Program-made: the position numbers and the translations under genes | Assembly: GCA_030649135.1 (NCBI GenBank) | Contig: JAUSGI010000005.1 | Coordinates: 5,754-69,753, forward strand | Source of the DNA: a bacterium | Lineage (GTDB): Bacteria; Patescibacteriota; Minisyncoccia; Phycocordibacterales; Zambryskibacteraceae | DNA length: 64,000 nt | Direction of reading: 5' to 3' | The notes under the pieces: generated by a model | Seen by the model: only the letters and a program-made list of their open reading frames with translations | The model's database searches: none | Told to the model about the DNA's origin: nothing | Shown here: positions 47,509 through 56,573 of the stretch, piece by piece | Position numbering within the stretch: the stretch's first letter is position 1 | Layout of the letters: every line of letters starts with the position of its first letter

Positions 47509-48654
47509 TTAGCGCTCAGGTTGCTTAATAAGATTTTCTAAATTGTTAAACCAGAAATACAAGGAAATAAATGCCACAACCAAGAATGAGAGTTCAAACT
47601 TACCTATAGACAAAAGGAATAATGTGGTGGTAAAAACTATGACCCTTCCTAAAATGGTAGGAACTTCTCGTAGTACGAGGAATTGAGCATCGGCACTGCG
47701 GGCGCGATTTAGCATAATCGCACCGTATGCACTGGCGAAGATTCCTAGTGCAAATCCCCGAAGAATGGTCACCATATAGAGCAGAGCCGGTGTCGGTGAA
47801 TAAATAGCAACCACATAAGAAAGAGTCCACGTGACTGTTGTTGCAATTGCACCAAAGCGCACAATTGCTTTTTTATCCCATTTATCGATGAGCGTGCCGG
47901 TGATATGGGTTACGACAATTCCTACAAGTCCAGCAAGAACTCCTAGTGCCCCAATATCAAGCACCGTGAGTCCCGTTATGATTAAGAAAAGGACCCAGAT
48001 GATTTGTGCATCCTGCCCAAGGTTATCTAGGATTTCTGGCAAAATGAAATGTTTGTTTTTGCGAGTAATTGCACTAATTTCTGATAGGTCAAATTTAAAA
48101 CTCGTTTTCTCGTGTCTCATCGGTAGCACGGGAATAATAGAAATAAGAATAAATACTAATGCGGCTGCAAATAAAAGGTTGTACCCATAAAAAACAATTA
48201 ATAGGGCGGCAATTCCTGGCACAATAAGCCCAACCGCAGACCCAACGTTAGACATAAAAGCAAGTGATGAGCCTATTGTGGAATCTTCGGTCTTACGAAC
48301 AGTAAGGATGTTGTATGGAATCCAGAAAAATGCCGATTCCATTCCACTTATAATAGCCAGAATAAATAAGATAGATGGGTGGCTTGGTAACAAAAATAAC
48401 CCAGAGAAGAGAATTGTTACTAACACTATGCGTACATACCAACAACGCACAAGCCCGATGATGTTGGAAACATAAATTGCCAAAAAAGCACCCAAAAGAA
48501 GTGATAAATGGTGTGCCAGTAACCAAGTAATTACGATGGAAACAGAGTTTCCCAGCCCCAATAAATATATAGGAACAAATAATCCTACAAGGCCCGTACC
48601 AATACCAGCGATGGTATTCATGGCAACAATACGCTGAAAATCAGTTAAGCGCAT
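47509..48654 (-). CDS. MFS transporter
   Basis: About 12 predicted TM helices with MFS-type loops. Confidence 0.7.
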   Translation of the reverse strand: MRLTDFQRIVAMNTIAGIGTGLVGLFVPIYLLGLGNSVSIVITWLLAHHLSLLLGAFLAIYVSNIIGLVRCWYVRIVLVTILFSGLFLLPSHPSILFILAIISGMESAFFWIPYNILTVRKTEDSTIGSSLAFMSNVGSAVGLIVPGIAALLIVFYGYNLLFAAALVFILISIIPVLPMRHEKTSFKFDLSEISAITRKNKHFILPEILDNLGQDAQIIWVLFLIITGLTVLDIGALGVLAGLVGIVVTHITGTLIDKWDKKAIVRFGAIATTVTWTLSYVVAIYSPTPALLYMVTILRGFALGIFASAYGAIMLNRARSADAQFLVLREVPTILGRVIVFTTTLFLLSIGKFELSFLVVAFISLYFWFNNLENLIKQPER

Positions 48655-48658
48655 ACGA

Positions 48659-49234
48659 CTAACTTCTAGTAGATAGTAATTTCAATGCGGCTTTGACACG
48701 CTCGCTTGCTCCCGCTGTCTCTTTGGGAACTTTTTTGAGGGCTTCGCGAGCGTCCCGTTCGCTATAGCCGAGAGAGACGAGGGCCTCCAGGGCGTCTCCT
48801 TCGGAGCGCATATCTGTGCCCCCGTCTTCTTTCGTAGTTTTGAGTTTGTCTTTAAGTTCCAGCACGATTTTTTCCGCCTTTTTCTTGCCGATACCGGATA
48901 CTCGTGTCAGATAAGTTGTGTCTTCGCTTGCCACGGCTTGTCGAAGCATTGCGGGACTCGCGACATTCAGAATACCCAAAGCACTTTTGGGGCCAATGCC
49001 GGAGATGGTGATGAGCAGTTCAAATATATCCAAAGTTCCTTTATCCAGGAAACCAAAAAGTTCCAAAGAAGTTTCTCTGACCGCCAAATGAGTCCAGAGG
49101 AAAATGGGGGAACTCGGAGTTATTTCTAGCGCTGTTTCGGTAGTGACGAAAACTTTGTAGCCTACGCCGGAAACATCTACCACAAGAGCGTTTAGGTTTT
49201 TATGTCGGACCGTGCCGTTTAAAGTACCAATCAT
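48659..49234 (-). CDS. ruvA: Holliday junction DNA helicase RuvA
   Basis: MIGTLNGTV...GVGYKVFV..., HhH motifs, C-terminal domain III. Confidence 0.9.
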   Translation of the reverse strand: MIGTLNGTVRHKNLNALVVDVSGVGYKVFVTTETALEITPSSPIFLWTHLAVRETSLELFGFLDKGTLDIFELLITISGIGPKSALGILNVASPAMLRQAVASEDTTYLTRVSGIGKKKAEKIVLELKDKLKTTKEDGGTDMRSEGDALEALVSLGYSERDAREALKKVPKETAGASERVKAALKLLSTRS

Positions 49235-49271
49235 GTTGCCATTATAATGCAAAGTCTGCTAAGATGCTCCC

Positions 49272-49535
49272 ATGCCGATTACCCGAGGAGCCAAAAAGTC
49301 ACATAGGAGCTCGCTACGCAAGCGAGAGTTCAATTTGCGCCGCAAGGACAAGGTTTCCCGGGCTATCAAATCTCTCAAGAAACTCGTTACTTCCGGCAAG
49401 AAAAAAGAAGCCGAGGCCATGATGCGCGAAGTCCAGAGCGCTCTCGATAAAGCGGTCAAAGGTAAGACGCTTAAGAAAAATACTGCCAGCCGTAAGAAGT
49501 CTCGCCTTTCGAAGTTAATAAAGAAGTTATCGTAA
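49272..49535 (+). CDS. rpsT: 30S ribosomal protein S20
   Basis: Lys/Arg-rich 87-aa protein with the S20 pattern (KSHRSSLRKREFNLRRK...). Confidence 0.85.
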   Translation: MPITRGAKKSHRSSLRKREFNLRRKDKVSRAIKSLKKLVTSGKKKEAEAMMREVQSALDKAVKGKTLKKNTASRKKSRLSKLIKKLS

Positions 49536-49553
49536 GTCGTTTTGTTTCCTACT

Positions 49554-49628
49554 GCTCCCATCGTTCAATGGATAGGACATAACTTTGCGGAAGTTAAAAT
49601 GTAGGTTCGATTCCTACTGGGAGCACCA
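49554..49628 (+). tRNA. tRNA-Arg (anticodon GCG as read; CCA encoded)
   Basis: Acceptor GCTCCCA/TGGGAGC, D-arm GTTC/GGAC, anticodon stem TAACT/AGTTA with loop TTGCGGA, T-loop TTCGATT. Confidence 0.7.
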
Positions 49629-49656
49629 AAACTAAAAACAGGAAAAAAGAATCTCC

Positions 49657-50646
49657 ATGAAAAAAATTTTGATTGTTGCGATTATCCTTTTGACCGGATT
49701 AATATTGGTGTGGGTCACTCGTTCTCTGACTCCAAAAGAAAGTCATCAAATAACCGATTTTACCGTGGCTTGCCGTCCTACAACCGGAAAGATCGATCAG
49801 AAAGTTTTTGGAATTGGATCGGTCGGCGCCGACGTAGAAATATTTAATATTGTTCAGGATTTGGGAGTTAAGTGGCTTCGTCTGGATATCCCTTGGACTG
49901 ACATTGAACCGGCAGAAGGAACGTTCAAATGGGCGGGGGTCGATCTCGGTATGCGCGAATTGGAAAAGCGAAATATTGGACTTCTTGCAATCATTAACCA
50001 TCCACCCGACTGGGTATGGGGACGTGATACGACACTTGCACAAAATGCCGCAAAAAGTTTTGGCAAAGCAATTGCCGCTCGCTATAAGGGAAGAATCAAA
50101 TACTATGAAGCTTTCAACGAGCCCAATTTGCCGGGTTTCGGTTTTTTCCGCGAAGGGGAGAGGGTGAATGTAAAAACATATGTCGCATATTTATCAGGGC
50201 TCAATGCCGGTATTCGCGAAGCTGATCCCGCCGCGCTTATTGTGCTTGGTGGACTTTCTTCTGACGAGAACAACATTTCAAGAAAGCAATTCATTGCTGA
50301 ATTAAGTCAAAATGGAGCTGGTGACTGTTTTGATATTTTTGCTTTCCATCCCTACGGCTACGAAGATGGGTATTTAGACAGCCTTCATTCAGAGTTGAAA
50401 GAAACTATTAAGTCACTTGGCCTTGAGAAACCAATATGGTTTAACGAATTGGGAACGAGTGACGATTCAAAAAGAGCAGAGATTTTAAAAGGTCTTTCAA
50501 ATCAAATTTCTAACATCCCTGGGTTTTTTTGGTTCAGTGTTCGCGATCTTTCTCCGCGTGAGCGCTATGGTCTCGTAACGCTCGATAATCAAAAAAAGGA
50601 GCCCGATTACTCCCTTTTTAAAGCAATCGTTCAGTTCGTCGATTAA
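49657..50646 (+). CDS. secreted TIM-barrel glycoside hydrolase-like protein (GH5-like)
   Basis: Signal anchor, then ...VKWLRLDIPWTDIEP..., NEPN and the overall (beta/alpha)8 pattern. Confidence 0.5.
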   Translation: MKKILIVAIILLTGLILVWVTRSLTPKESHQITDFTVACRPTTGKIDQKVFGIGSVGADVEIFNIVQDLGVKWLRLDIPWTDIEPAEGTFKWAGVDLGMRELEKRNIGLLAIINHPPDWVWGRDTTLAQNAAKSFGKAIAARYKGRIKYYEAFNEPNLPGFGFFREGERVNVKTYVAYLSGLNAGIREADPAALIVLGGLSSDENNISRKQFIAELSQNGAGDCFDIFAFHPYGYEDGYLDSLHSELKETIKSLGLEKPIWFNELGTSDDSKRAEILKGLSNQISNIPGFFWFSVRDLSPRERYGLVTLDNQKKEPDYSLFKAIVQFVD

Positions 50647-50663
50647 TCTGCAACAATTTTTTA

Positions 50664-51134
50664 TTAAAATCCCAAGTATTCCAGAATTTTCTCGACAAAG
50701 GGAAGGCTGTGGAATTCTTCGGGCAGGAAGATAGAAAGATTTTCATGCAGTTGTTCCACGTCGGTCTCGTTGCCGAGCGGCACAATGACAAGAGGCATGA
50801 GCAGTTTTTCGGACCGCATAATAATTTTTTTGTGCGGATGTTCCGTGTCTATCCAGAATGACTGGAGAGTAGAAAAAGGATAACGAATTTTACCCCGGGT
50901 GACACCTTTCTCGTCCACAACTACGTGCAACATGCTTGGTGGACGATTGATAAAGAGTGAGAGCGCGAAAGCACTGATGAGCACCAAGATACCAAAAATA
51001 ATGTTGCCGAAGATGACAGAGGCAATAGCCACGGAGATCGAGATGATACCTACTGCCCAGAACCAGTCCGGGCTCCTTTGTTTGTGCTCATACTCATGTG
51101 CATCCCACTCTATTTTGAAGGATGGTCGTGGCAT
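50664..51134 (-). CDS. hypothetical membrane protein
   Basis: Two TM helices near the N-terminus. Confidence 0.45.
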   Translation of the reverse strand: MPRPSFKIEWDAHEYEHKQRSPDWFWAVGIISISVAIASVIFGNIIFGILVLISAFALSLFINRPPSMLHVVVDEKGVTRGKIRYPFSTLQSFWIDTEHPHKKIIMRSEKLLMPLVIVPLGNETDVEQLHENLSIFLPEEFHSLPFVEKILEYLGF

Positions 51135-51177
51135 AGATGCAAAAATTATATCATAATCTATATGTCACTATCCCCTA

Positions 51178-51933
51178 ATGACTGAATTGCTTTTATATTC
51201 GGCGCTTATCATGCTCGCCTCACTAGTTGGGGTCTTCTTTGTATGGCATAGGGCAGGGCAAGTCATTGAGCGCCATTCGAGTCTCTTGGTCAGTTTTTCC
51301 GCGGGAGTGTTTATCGTTATTGCTTGCCAATTGGGTGTGGAGGCGCTAGAGCATTCGGACACTCTTGGCTCCGGGTTCGTCTGGATAATCATCGGCGCGC
51401 TCGCAGTCTGGCTTCTGTTTAAATTTCTACCATCATCGCACCATCATCATGATGTGGCGCTCGAGACACACCCCCACTCGAGACTTGATGCTCGGCGGAT
51501 TATGACGAGCGACGCTCTGCATAATGTGGGAGACGGTATTCTCTTGGCCGCATCCTTCGCGGTGAGCTCGTCGTTTGGGGCACTGACCGCTTTAAGTATT
51601 TTTATACATGAATTGGTGCAGGAGGTGTCGGAGTTTTTTGTTATGAGGCAAGCGGGTTATTCGACCAAGCAGACTCTCGCCTTAAACTTCGCGATTTCCG
51701 GCACAATTTTTCTGGGTGCGCTTGGGGGTTTCTTTCTCTTGGAAAGTTTTGAAGCGCTTGAAGTGCCTCTCCTCGGTCTCGCTGCAGGTGCCTTCTTGGT
51801 AGTCGTGGTGCATGACCTTATCCCGCATTCAGTCAGAGCTTCAAGACATGAAAATCTTTATTTTAGACACCTCTCATGGTTTTTCGCGGGAGCTATTCTA
51901 ATGTTTGTCATAAATACATTCACCGCGCATTGA
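51178..51933 (+). CDS. ZIP-family metal (zinc) transporter
   Basis: His-rich loop HHHHD, HNVGDG and HELVQE motifs. Confidence 0.8.
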   Translation: MTELLLYSALIMLASLVGVFFVWHRAGQVIERHSSLLVSFSAGVFIVIACQLGVEALEHSDTLGSGFVWIIIGALAVWLLFKFLPSSHHHHDVALETHPHSRLDARRIMTSDALHNVGDGILLAASFAVSSSFGALTALSIFIHELVQEVSEFFVMRQAGYSTKQTLALNFAISGTIFLGALGGFFLLESFEALEVPLLGLAAGAFLVVVVHDLIPHSVRASRHENLYFRHLSWFFAGAILMFVINTFTAH

Positions 51934-51974
51934 TTTTTCTTTCCAAAAATGTTTTAATCTTTTGATTATTGGAG

Positions 51975-52070
51975 GGGTGGCTGACCATCGCCTACGGCGA
52001 GGCCCCGCCTCACCGCATTATGCGGGATCCCGCCAATGGCGGTGAAGCGGCGGTGGGAGGTTTAAGGCAT
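51975..52070 (+). other. GC-rich hairpin-rich element that begins with a 13-nt copy of the tRNA-Ser 5' end (GGAGGGGTGGC)
   Basis: Shares its first 11-13 nt with the tRNA-Ser at 52326 but lacks an anticodon arm or a complementary acceptor 3' end. Several short GC stems. Confidence 0.3.
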
Positions 52071-52072
52071 AT

Positions 52073-52318
52073 TTGTTTATGTTTGCAACCTACATTCTTA
52101 AAAGCAAAACCACCAACAGATATTACATTGGGTATACAAGTAACGTAGGAAAAAGAATCATTTATCACAATACCGGCAGGAATATTTCTACGAGAAGCGG
52201 TATACCTTGGAGCCTTGTGTATTCAGAATCATTTGAAACTCGAGCTGAAGCATGGAAAAGAGAACACCAGATAAAGTCATATAAAAGTGGAGAAGCTTTT
52301 AAAAAATTGATACAGTAA
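52073..52318 (+). CDS. GIY-YIG nuclease family protein (short)
   Basis: YILKSKTTNRYYIGYTSNVGKRIIYHN matches the GIY-YIG motif. Confidence 0.85.
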   Translation: MFMFATYILKSKTTNRYYIGYTSNVGKRIIYHNTGRNISTRSGIPWSLVYSESFETRAEAWKREHQIKSYKSGEAFKKLIQ

Positions 52319-52325
52319 GGTATCT

Positions 52326-52412
52326 GGAGGGGTGGCAGAGAGGTCTATCGCACCGCACTTGAAATGCGGCGTGGGGTAAATCCCACCGTGAGTTCGAATC
52401 TCACCCCCTCCG
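52326..52412 (+). tRNA. tRNA-Ser (anticodon TGA), type II with a long variable arm
   Basis: Acceptor GGAGGGG/CCCCTCC, anticodon stem CCGCA/TGCGG with loop CTTGAAA, variable arm GTGGG..CCCAC, T-loop TTCGAAT. Confidence 0.85.
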
Positions 52413-52549
52413 CCTTCGCCTCGCCGAAGCCCGCAAGGGCGTAGGCGGGCTTCGCTCGGCTTCGGCGTGACAAAGTCCGCCAGGTTGCATCGGAGCGACC
52501 CGAGTGCCTTAACGTGTCCTTTGGTCGAATCTGATATACTTTTTTTATT

Positions 52550-53101
52550 ATGAATATCAAATTAGGGACATTAGATTTCGCGATAGCAATGGAACGTCCA
52601 GAGTTACTTGCAAAAGCGGTGGTTGAGGTCCTTTCTGTCTTACCTAATGCTGACAAAGTCGGGGTTGCCGAAATTGACCCTAATCTCTCCGACACAGCTG
52701 GTTTTTGTGAACACTATAAGGTTGGAATGAACCATGCAGCCAACTGCGTAGTATTAGAAGCGAAGCGGGCAGATAAAAGCTGGTTTGCCGCTTGTGTAAT
52801 TTTTGGCAATACCAGAGCCGATGTAAATGGTCTGGTTCGGAGAACCTTGGATGCCCGCAAGGTGTCATTTGCGCCAATGGAGCAGGCGGTAACTCAGACC
52901 GGTATGGAATATGGAGCTATTACACCAGTTGGCTTGCCTAATGATTGGTCTATTTTGATTGATAAAGCGGTAGCTGATTCTGATTATGTAATTATTGGAA
53001 GTGGAATTAGAAAATCGAAACTCGCTGTTCCTGGAAGCTTTTTAGCATCTCTGCCTAATGTCCAAGTTTTAGAAGGACTTGGCCAAATGAAAACAATATG
53101 A
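52550..53101 (+). CDS. YbaK/ProX-type aminoacyl-tRNA deacylase domain protein
   Basis: ...GMEYGAITPVGLP...IGSGIRKSKLAVPGSFL matches the YbaK-domain core. Confidence 0.65.
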   Translation: MNIKLGTLDFAIAMERPELLAKAVVEVLSVLPNADKVGVAEIDPNLSDTAGFCEHYKVGMNHAANCVVLEAKRADKSWFAACVIFGNTRADVNGLVRRTLDARKVSFAPMEQAVTQTGMEYGAITPVGLPNDWSILIDKAVADSDYVIIGSGIRKSKLAVPGSFLASLPNVQVLEGLGQMKTI

Positions 53102-53442
53102 GCCAGATTACTTACGAAGAATTTGAAAAAGTGGATATTCGGGTTGGGAAAATTGTCGAAATTTCTGACTTTCCGGAAGCTCGGAAGCCTGCATACAAAC
53201 TCAAGATTGATTTCGGCTCCGAGATCGGGATAAAGCAATCAAGTGTTCAAGCAGTAGGAGCTCATGCAAAAGAAGAGCTTCTCAACTCGCTTGTTTGCTG
53301 TGTGGTTAATTTTCCACCAAAGCAAGTGGGGCCATTTAAGTCGGAAGTCCTAACTCTTGGCTTTAAGAATAGTGCAGGTGACGGGTGGGTTCTTATTGAA
53401 CCGAAGAGTGATCCGGTAACACTTGGAAGCAAACTAACTTAA
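53098..53442 (+). CDS. tRNA-binding protein (CsaA / EMAP-II-like OB fold)
   Basis: FEKVDIRVGKIVEI...KLKIDFGSEIGIKQSS pattern. Confidence 0.85.
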   Translation: MSQITYEEFEKVDIRVGKIVEISDFPEARKPAYKLKIDFGSEIGIKQSSVQAVGAHAKEELLNSLVCCVVNFPPKQVGPFKSEVLTLGFKNSAGDGWVLIEPKSDPVTLGSKLT

Positions 53443-53503
53443 TCTTATGGCAATCCAAATTACCTAAGCGTGCCCATGACCCCGCAAGGGAATTTGAACC
53501 ACT

Positions 53504-53530
53504 TGACATTGGATAGTTTATATGTATAAT
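53504..53530 (+). promoter_or_regulatory. near-consensus sigma70 promoter TTGACA-15-TATAAT
   Basis: Both hexamers match the consensus perfectly. The spacer is short at 15 nt. Followed by an about 75-nt leader and an AAGGAG SD. Confidence 0.5.
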
Positions 53531-53611
53531 GGTGCCCAGACGTTCGATTGCAGTTAACCGATCTACAGGCGGGGTACGCAAAGTAAGCGTATTCTAGCCA
53601 AGGAGTTTGCC

Positions 53612-54292
53612 ATGAAGCTGAAGTTTCCCGACCTGACCAACGTGCTTGCGTGTGTGAACGGGAACTGCCCCGCCTCGAAGGAGGGTATCCTCCCAGAGGA
53701 AGCTCACGCTCGCCTCCGCCAGGACGGCGAGGATGTCGTGGCCGAGCCGATCTGCCTGGCCTGCGCCGGGGATGCGGCAAAGCGCGGTATCTCCGCGCCT
53801 CTCATCTCCTCGCTCATCAAGCGCGAGGAGGAGGCTCGGGCGATCATCGTCGCCAACGCGAAGGAGGTCGAGAGCCACGATGCCCGGCAGAGGGAGCTCG
53901 ATGCTCTCTTTGCCGGTGCCGTGTTCTTCTGCCGGGTTCCCGGCTGTTCGGCGGCTCCCGAGCCGGTGAACAAGATGTTTTCGGCGGTCTACATCGAGGG
54001 CGGGAAGGAGCAGGTCGTTCCGATCTGTCCGATCTGTGTCGATGGCGCCCACCAGACGGGCGTGAAGGTCACCGACCTTCACGCCACCATCGCGCGGCTC
54101 ACGCGCGAGGGTAGGGAGCACCTGCTCTACGAGCAGGCGGAGAGAAACAAGGTCCCGGCGAATAACTTTCTCGCCGCCTGCCAGAGGGGCGACGCCCGCA
54201 ATCAGCGGGCGATGCCAGCCGTGGTCGCTCACCACGGCAATGGCAACGGTAACGGCCTTGGCAATCGACCGAGGCTGGCGACCAACAGGTAG
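53612..54292 (+). CDS. GC-rich protein with two tandem 4-Cys zinc-ribbon-like modules and a Gly/Asn-rich C-terminus
   Basis: Repeat 1 has CVNGNC...PICLAC and repeat 2 has CRVPGC...PICPIC. Strong SD. Composition very different from the flanking genes. Confidence 0.55.
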   Translation: MKLKFPDLTNVLACVNGNCPASKEGILPEEAHARLRQDGEDVVAEPICLACAGDAAKRGISAPLISSLIKREEEARAIIVANAKEVESHDARQRELDALFAGAVFFCRVPGCSAAPEPVNKMFSAVYIEGGKEQVVPICPICVDGAHQTGVKVTDLHATIARLTREGREHLLYEQAERNKVPANNFLAACQRGDARNQRAMPAVVAHHGNGNGNGLGNRPRLATNR

Positions 54293-54306
54293 TCCGAGCG
54301 CAGCAA

Positions 54307-54343
54307 GGCGTGGGGAGGAATCTCCCCACGCCTTTTAACTTTT
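54307..54343 (+). terminator. rho-independent terminator
   Basis: GGCGTGGGGAG-gaat-CTCCCCACGCC followed by TTTTAACTTTT. Confidence 0.8.
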
Positions 54344-54364
54344 CTAAAATAAATTTCTGGGAAA

Positions 54365-54598
54365 TTATTCCTCCTCCACTATTTCCACCTTATACTTCTT
54401 GGCGACAAAGAATAGGTAAATTATTTCAAGAACACCGAGCGTATTTATTAAGAGAATTACGATAAACCAGTACTTCTGTCTAAGTTCGGCTGATTTCCAA
54501 AGGGCGAACCCTTTCCATGTCAGCGTCCATATTATTGCGAGGGCGATGAGGAGAGGGTTTGTCTCTACCCATCCAGCCAGTATATTTATTGATTCCAT
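54365..54598 (-). CDS. small two-TM membrane protein
   Basis: 77 aa with two hydrophobic helices. Confidence 0.45.
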   Translation of the reverse strand: MESINILAGWVETNPLLIALAIIWTLTWKGFALWKSAELRQKYWFIVILLINTLGVLEIIYLFFVAKKYKVEIVEEE

Positions 54599-54627
54599 GA
54601 CAGGCTAATTATACTATAATTCTTCCT

Positions 54628-55017
54628 ATGAGACTGATGGCTATCGATTACGGAGAAAAGCGTGTGGGCATTGCTTCCACGGACGAGACCGGCGGTTTCG
54701 CTTTGCCGCGTGCCGTCTGGCCGAACGATAAGACTTTGTTGGACAAGATTTTTAAACTCAAGGAAGATGAGGGGATAGAGAAAATTATTGTCGGTGAATC
54801 AAGAAACTTGGATGGTAGCGCCAATCCGATTCAGAAAGAGATAGAAAAATTTAAAAGCGAACTGGAAAAACGTGGCGCCGAAGTCGTTTCCCATCCGGAA
54901 GTGTTTACTACTGTCGAGGCCAGGCGGCTTCAGGGGCAAACGGAAATGACCGACGCTTCCGCCGCCGCCCTAATTCTCAAGAGTTTTCTTGATACCGTGT
55001 ATAATAAAGGCACATGA
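54628..55017 (+). CDS. ruvX: RuvX/YqgF Holliday-junction-resolvase-like protein (putative pre-16S rRNA nuclease)
   Basis: MRLMAIDYGEKRVGIA...IIVGES matches YqgF. Confidence 0.9.
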   Translation: MRLMAIDYGEKRVGIASTDETGGFALPRAVWPNDKTLLDKIFKLKEDEGIEKIIVGESRNLDGSANPIQKEIEKFKSELEKRGAEVVSHPEVFTTVEARRLQGQTEMTDASAAALILKSFLDTVYNKGT

Positions 55018-56573
55018 CCGCGCTTCTAGGGCAAAAAACTTTTCTGGACTTTTTCCCTGCACCCGAATTTCTCCTGCTCTCGACTGTCGGCATTGTCATT
55101 ACCGATACCGACACGAGACTCGTACAGTTAAGGAGAGAAATTTTGGGAGACGGGTTCAAACTAGCCAATTCAAGCCAAGCGGCAAATCCTGCCGGTGCGG
55201 TTGAGGCAGGTCTAATCAATAATCCCGACGCGCTCGGCGCTGTTTTAAAGAAACTTGCTTTGCCCTACGGTATTCGTTATGCCCACGCCTCCTTGCCGGA
55301 AGAGAAGACATATCTCTTTACCACTCGCATTAACTGGGTACCTCCGGAAGGTCTAAAGGATGCGGTGGCATTCATTGTGGAAGAGAACGCGCCGGTGTCT
55401 CTGTCCGAATCGGTATTCAACTTTGAGATTATCAAAGAAGATGAGCATGCGGACGAGATTAACCTGGCTGTTTCTGTGGTGCCTAAAAATGTCATCAATG
55501 CTTATGTAGAACTTTTTGAATCTGTCGGCATCACTCCGATTTCCTTCGACCTTGAGTCGCAAGCTATCGCGCGGGCAGTCATTCACCGCGGGGACAAACG
55601 TACGCAACTTATCGTCAATCTGTCTTTGCGTAAAACCGGTTTCTATATAGTCGCGGACGAAGTGGTGCAGTTTAGCACTACGCCGGCTTATGGGATTGGT
55701 GAAGACGAATCTTATCCCAGTCTTAATGATTTAAAGGCGGAGATGCGCAAAGTGCTGGCTTTTTGGAATGCTCGTACTGATAAATCCGGTAAACCAGAAA
55801 AGAAAATTGAAAAGGTAATCCTAGTCGGACTCGGAGGCAGTAAGACGGAATTTGTTGAAAAATTGATGAGCGAAAGCGATATTCCATATGCGCCGGCGGA
55901 TGTGGGGCTCAACATGTCTCCTTCGCGGAGCCATGTTTCGGGGATACCTTTCGATGAATCTCTAAGTTACGCTTCCGCCATAGGCCTGGTTCTTCCCAGG
56001 GGCAGAAAAGACATGTTTAAACTACTGACAGAAGAAGGAGGTCATAAGGTGGCGCACAAATATGCTATGCATCGAGCTGTGGTCATGCTTTCTGCATTCA
56101 TCTTCGTGCTTGTTGCGGGAATAATAGGACTCTTGCCGTCATACGTACTCTCGAATGCCCGCCAGAACGAGGCGTTGGAGCGTACGAGAATCATGAATAG
56201 TGCCGGACAAATCGATAATGAGTCAGTTCTACAGGCATGGCTTAAAGAGATGAATCGCAAACTTCGGATACTTTCCCCCGCACTTGATATGGACCGGCCA
56301 TCGGCTTTTATCGAGAGAGTTCTCGACCAGAAAGCTACCGGTGTGCGTGTTACCGGTTTTTCGTGGATAAGGGCGAAAGATAAGGTCACTCTCTCGGTCA
56401 ATGGCATCACTTTAGATCGCCAGGCACTTATCACATTTGAAGACCGCATTAACTCTTCGGGATATTTCTCTGAAGTTACTTTGCCAATATCCAACTTAGC
56501 CAAAGATAAAGACATTGATTTCCAAATTAAATTCTCGCCGGCTCTACCTACGCCGTCCGCTCAAACGCCATGA
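55014..56573 (+). CDS. fused PilM-like (actin-fold) and PilN-like (TM plus coiled-coil) type IV pilus assembly protein
   Basis: N-terminal PilM-like pattern (...VSVVPKNVINAYVELFESVGITPISFDLESQAIARAV...LIVNLSLRKTGFYIV). Then a TM helix at about residue 350. Then a periplasmic domain. Confidence 0.55.
   Translation: MTALLGQKTFLDFFPAPEFLLLSTVGIVITDTDTRLVQLRREILGDGFKLANSSQAANPAGAVEAGLINNPDALGAVLKKLALPYGIRYAHASLPEEKTYLFTTRINWVPPEGLKDAVAFIVEENAPVSLSESVFNFEIIKEDEHADEINLAVSVVPKNVINAYVELFESVGITPISFDLESQAIARAVIHRGDKRTQLIVNLSLRKTGFYIVADEVVQFSTTPAYGIGEDESYPSLNDLKAEMRKVLAFWNARTDKSGKPEKKIEKVILVGLGGSKTEFVEKLMSESDIPYAPADVGLNMSPSRSHVSGIPFDESLSYASAIGLVLPRGRKDMFKLLTEEGGHKVAHKYAMHRAVVMLSAFIFVLVAGIIGLLPSYVLSNARQNEALERTRIMNSAGQIDNESVLQAWLKEMNRKLRILSPALDMDRPSAFIERVLDQKATGVRVTGFSWIRAKDKVTLSVNGITLDRQALITFEDRINSSGYFSEVTLPISNLAKDKDIDFQIKFSPALPTPSAQTP

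Noticed and set aside
51975-52070. Possible tRNA or pseudo-tRNA (it starts with the same 13 nt as tRNA-Ser)
   Set aside because: No anticodon stem-loop (the CCGCA-TTA-TGCGG loop is only 3 nt) and no complementary acceptor 3' strand. Treated as a tRNA-fragment-containing structured element.
52345-52695. Minus-strand 116-aa ORF
   Set aside because: Overlaps tRNA-Ser and GC-rich palindromes. No SD and a low-complexity translation.
53460-54329. Multiple long overlapping ORFs on both strands (e.g. 53594-54235 minus, 53650-54114 plus, 53704-53973 minus)
   Set aside because: These are artefacts of the very GC-rich 53612-54292 gene. Only the plus-strand frame has an SD, promoter and terminator in register.
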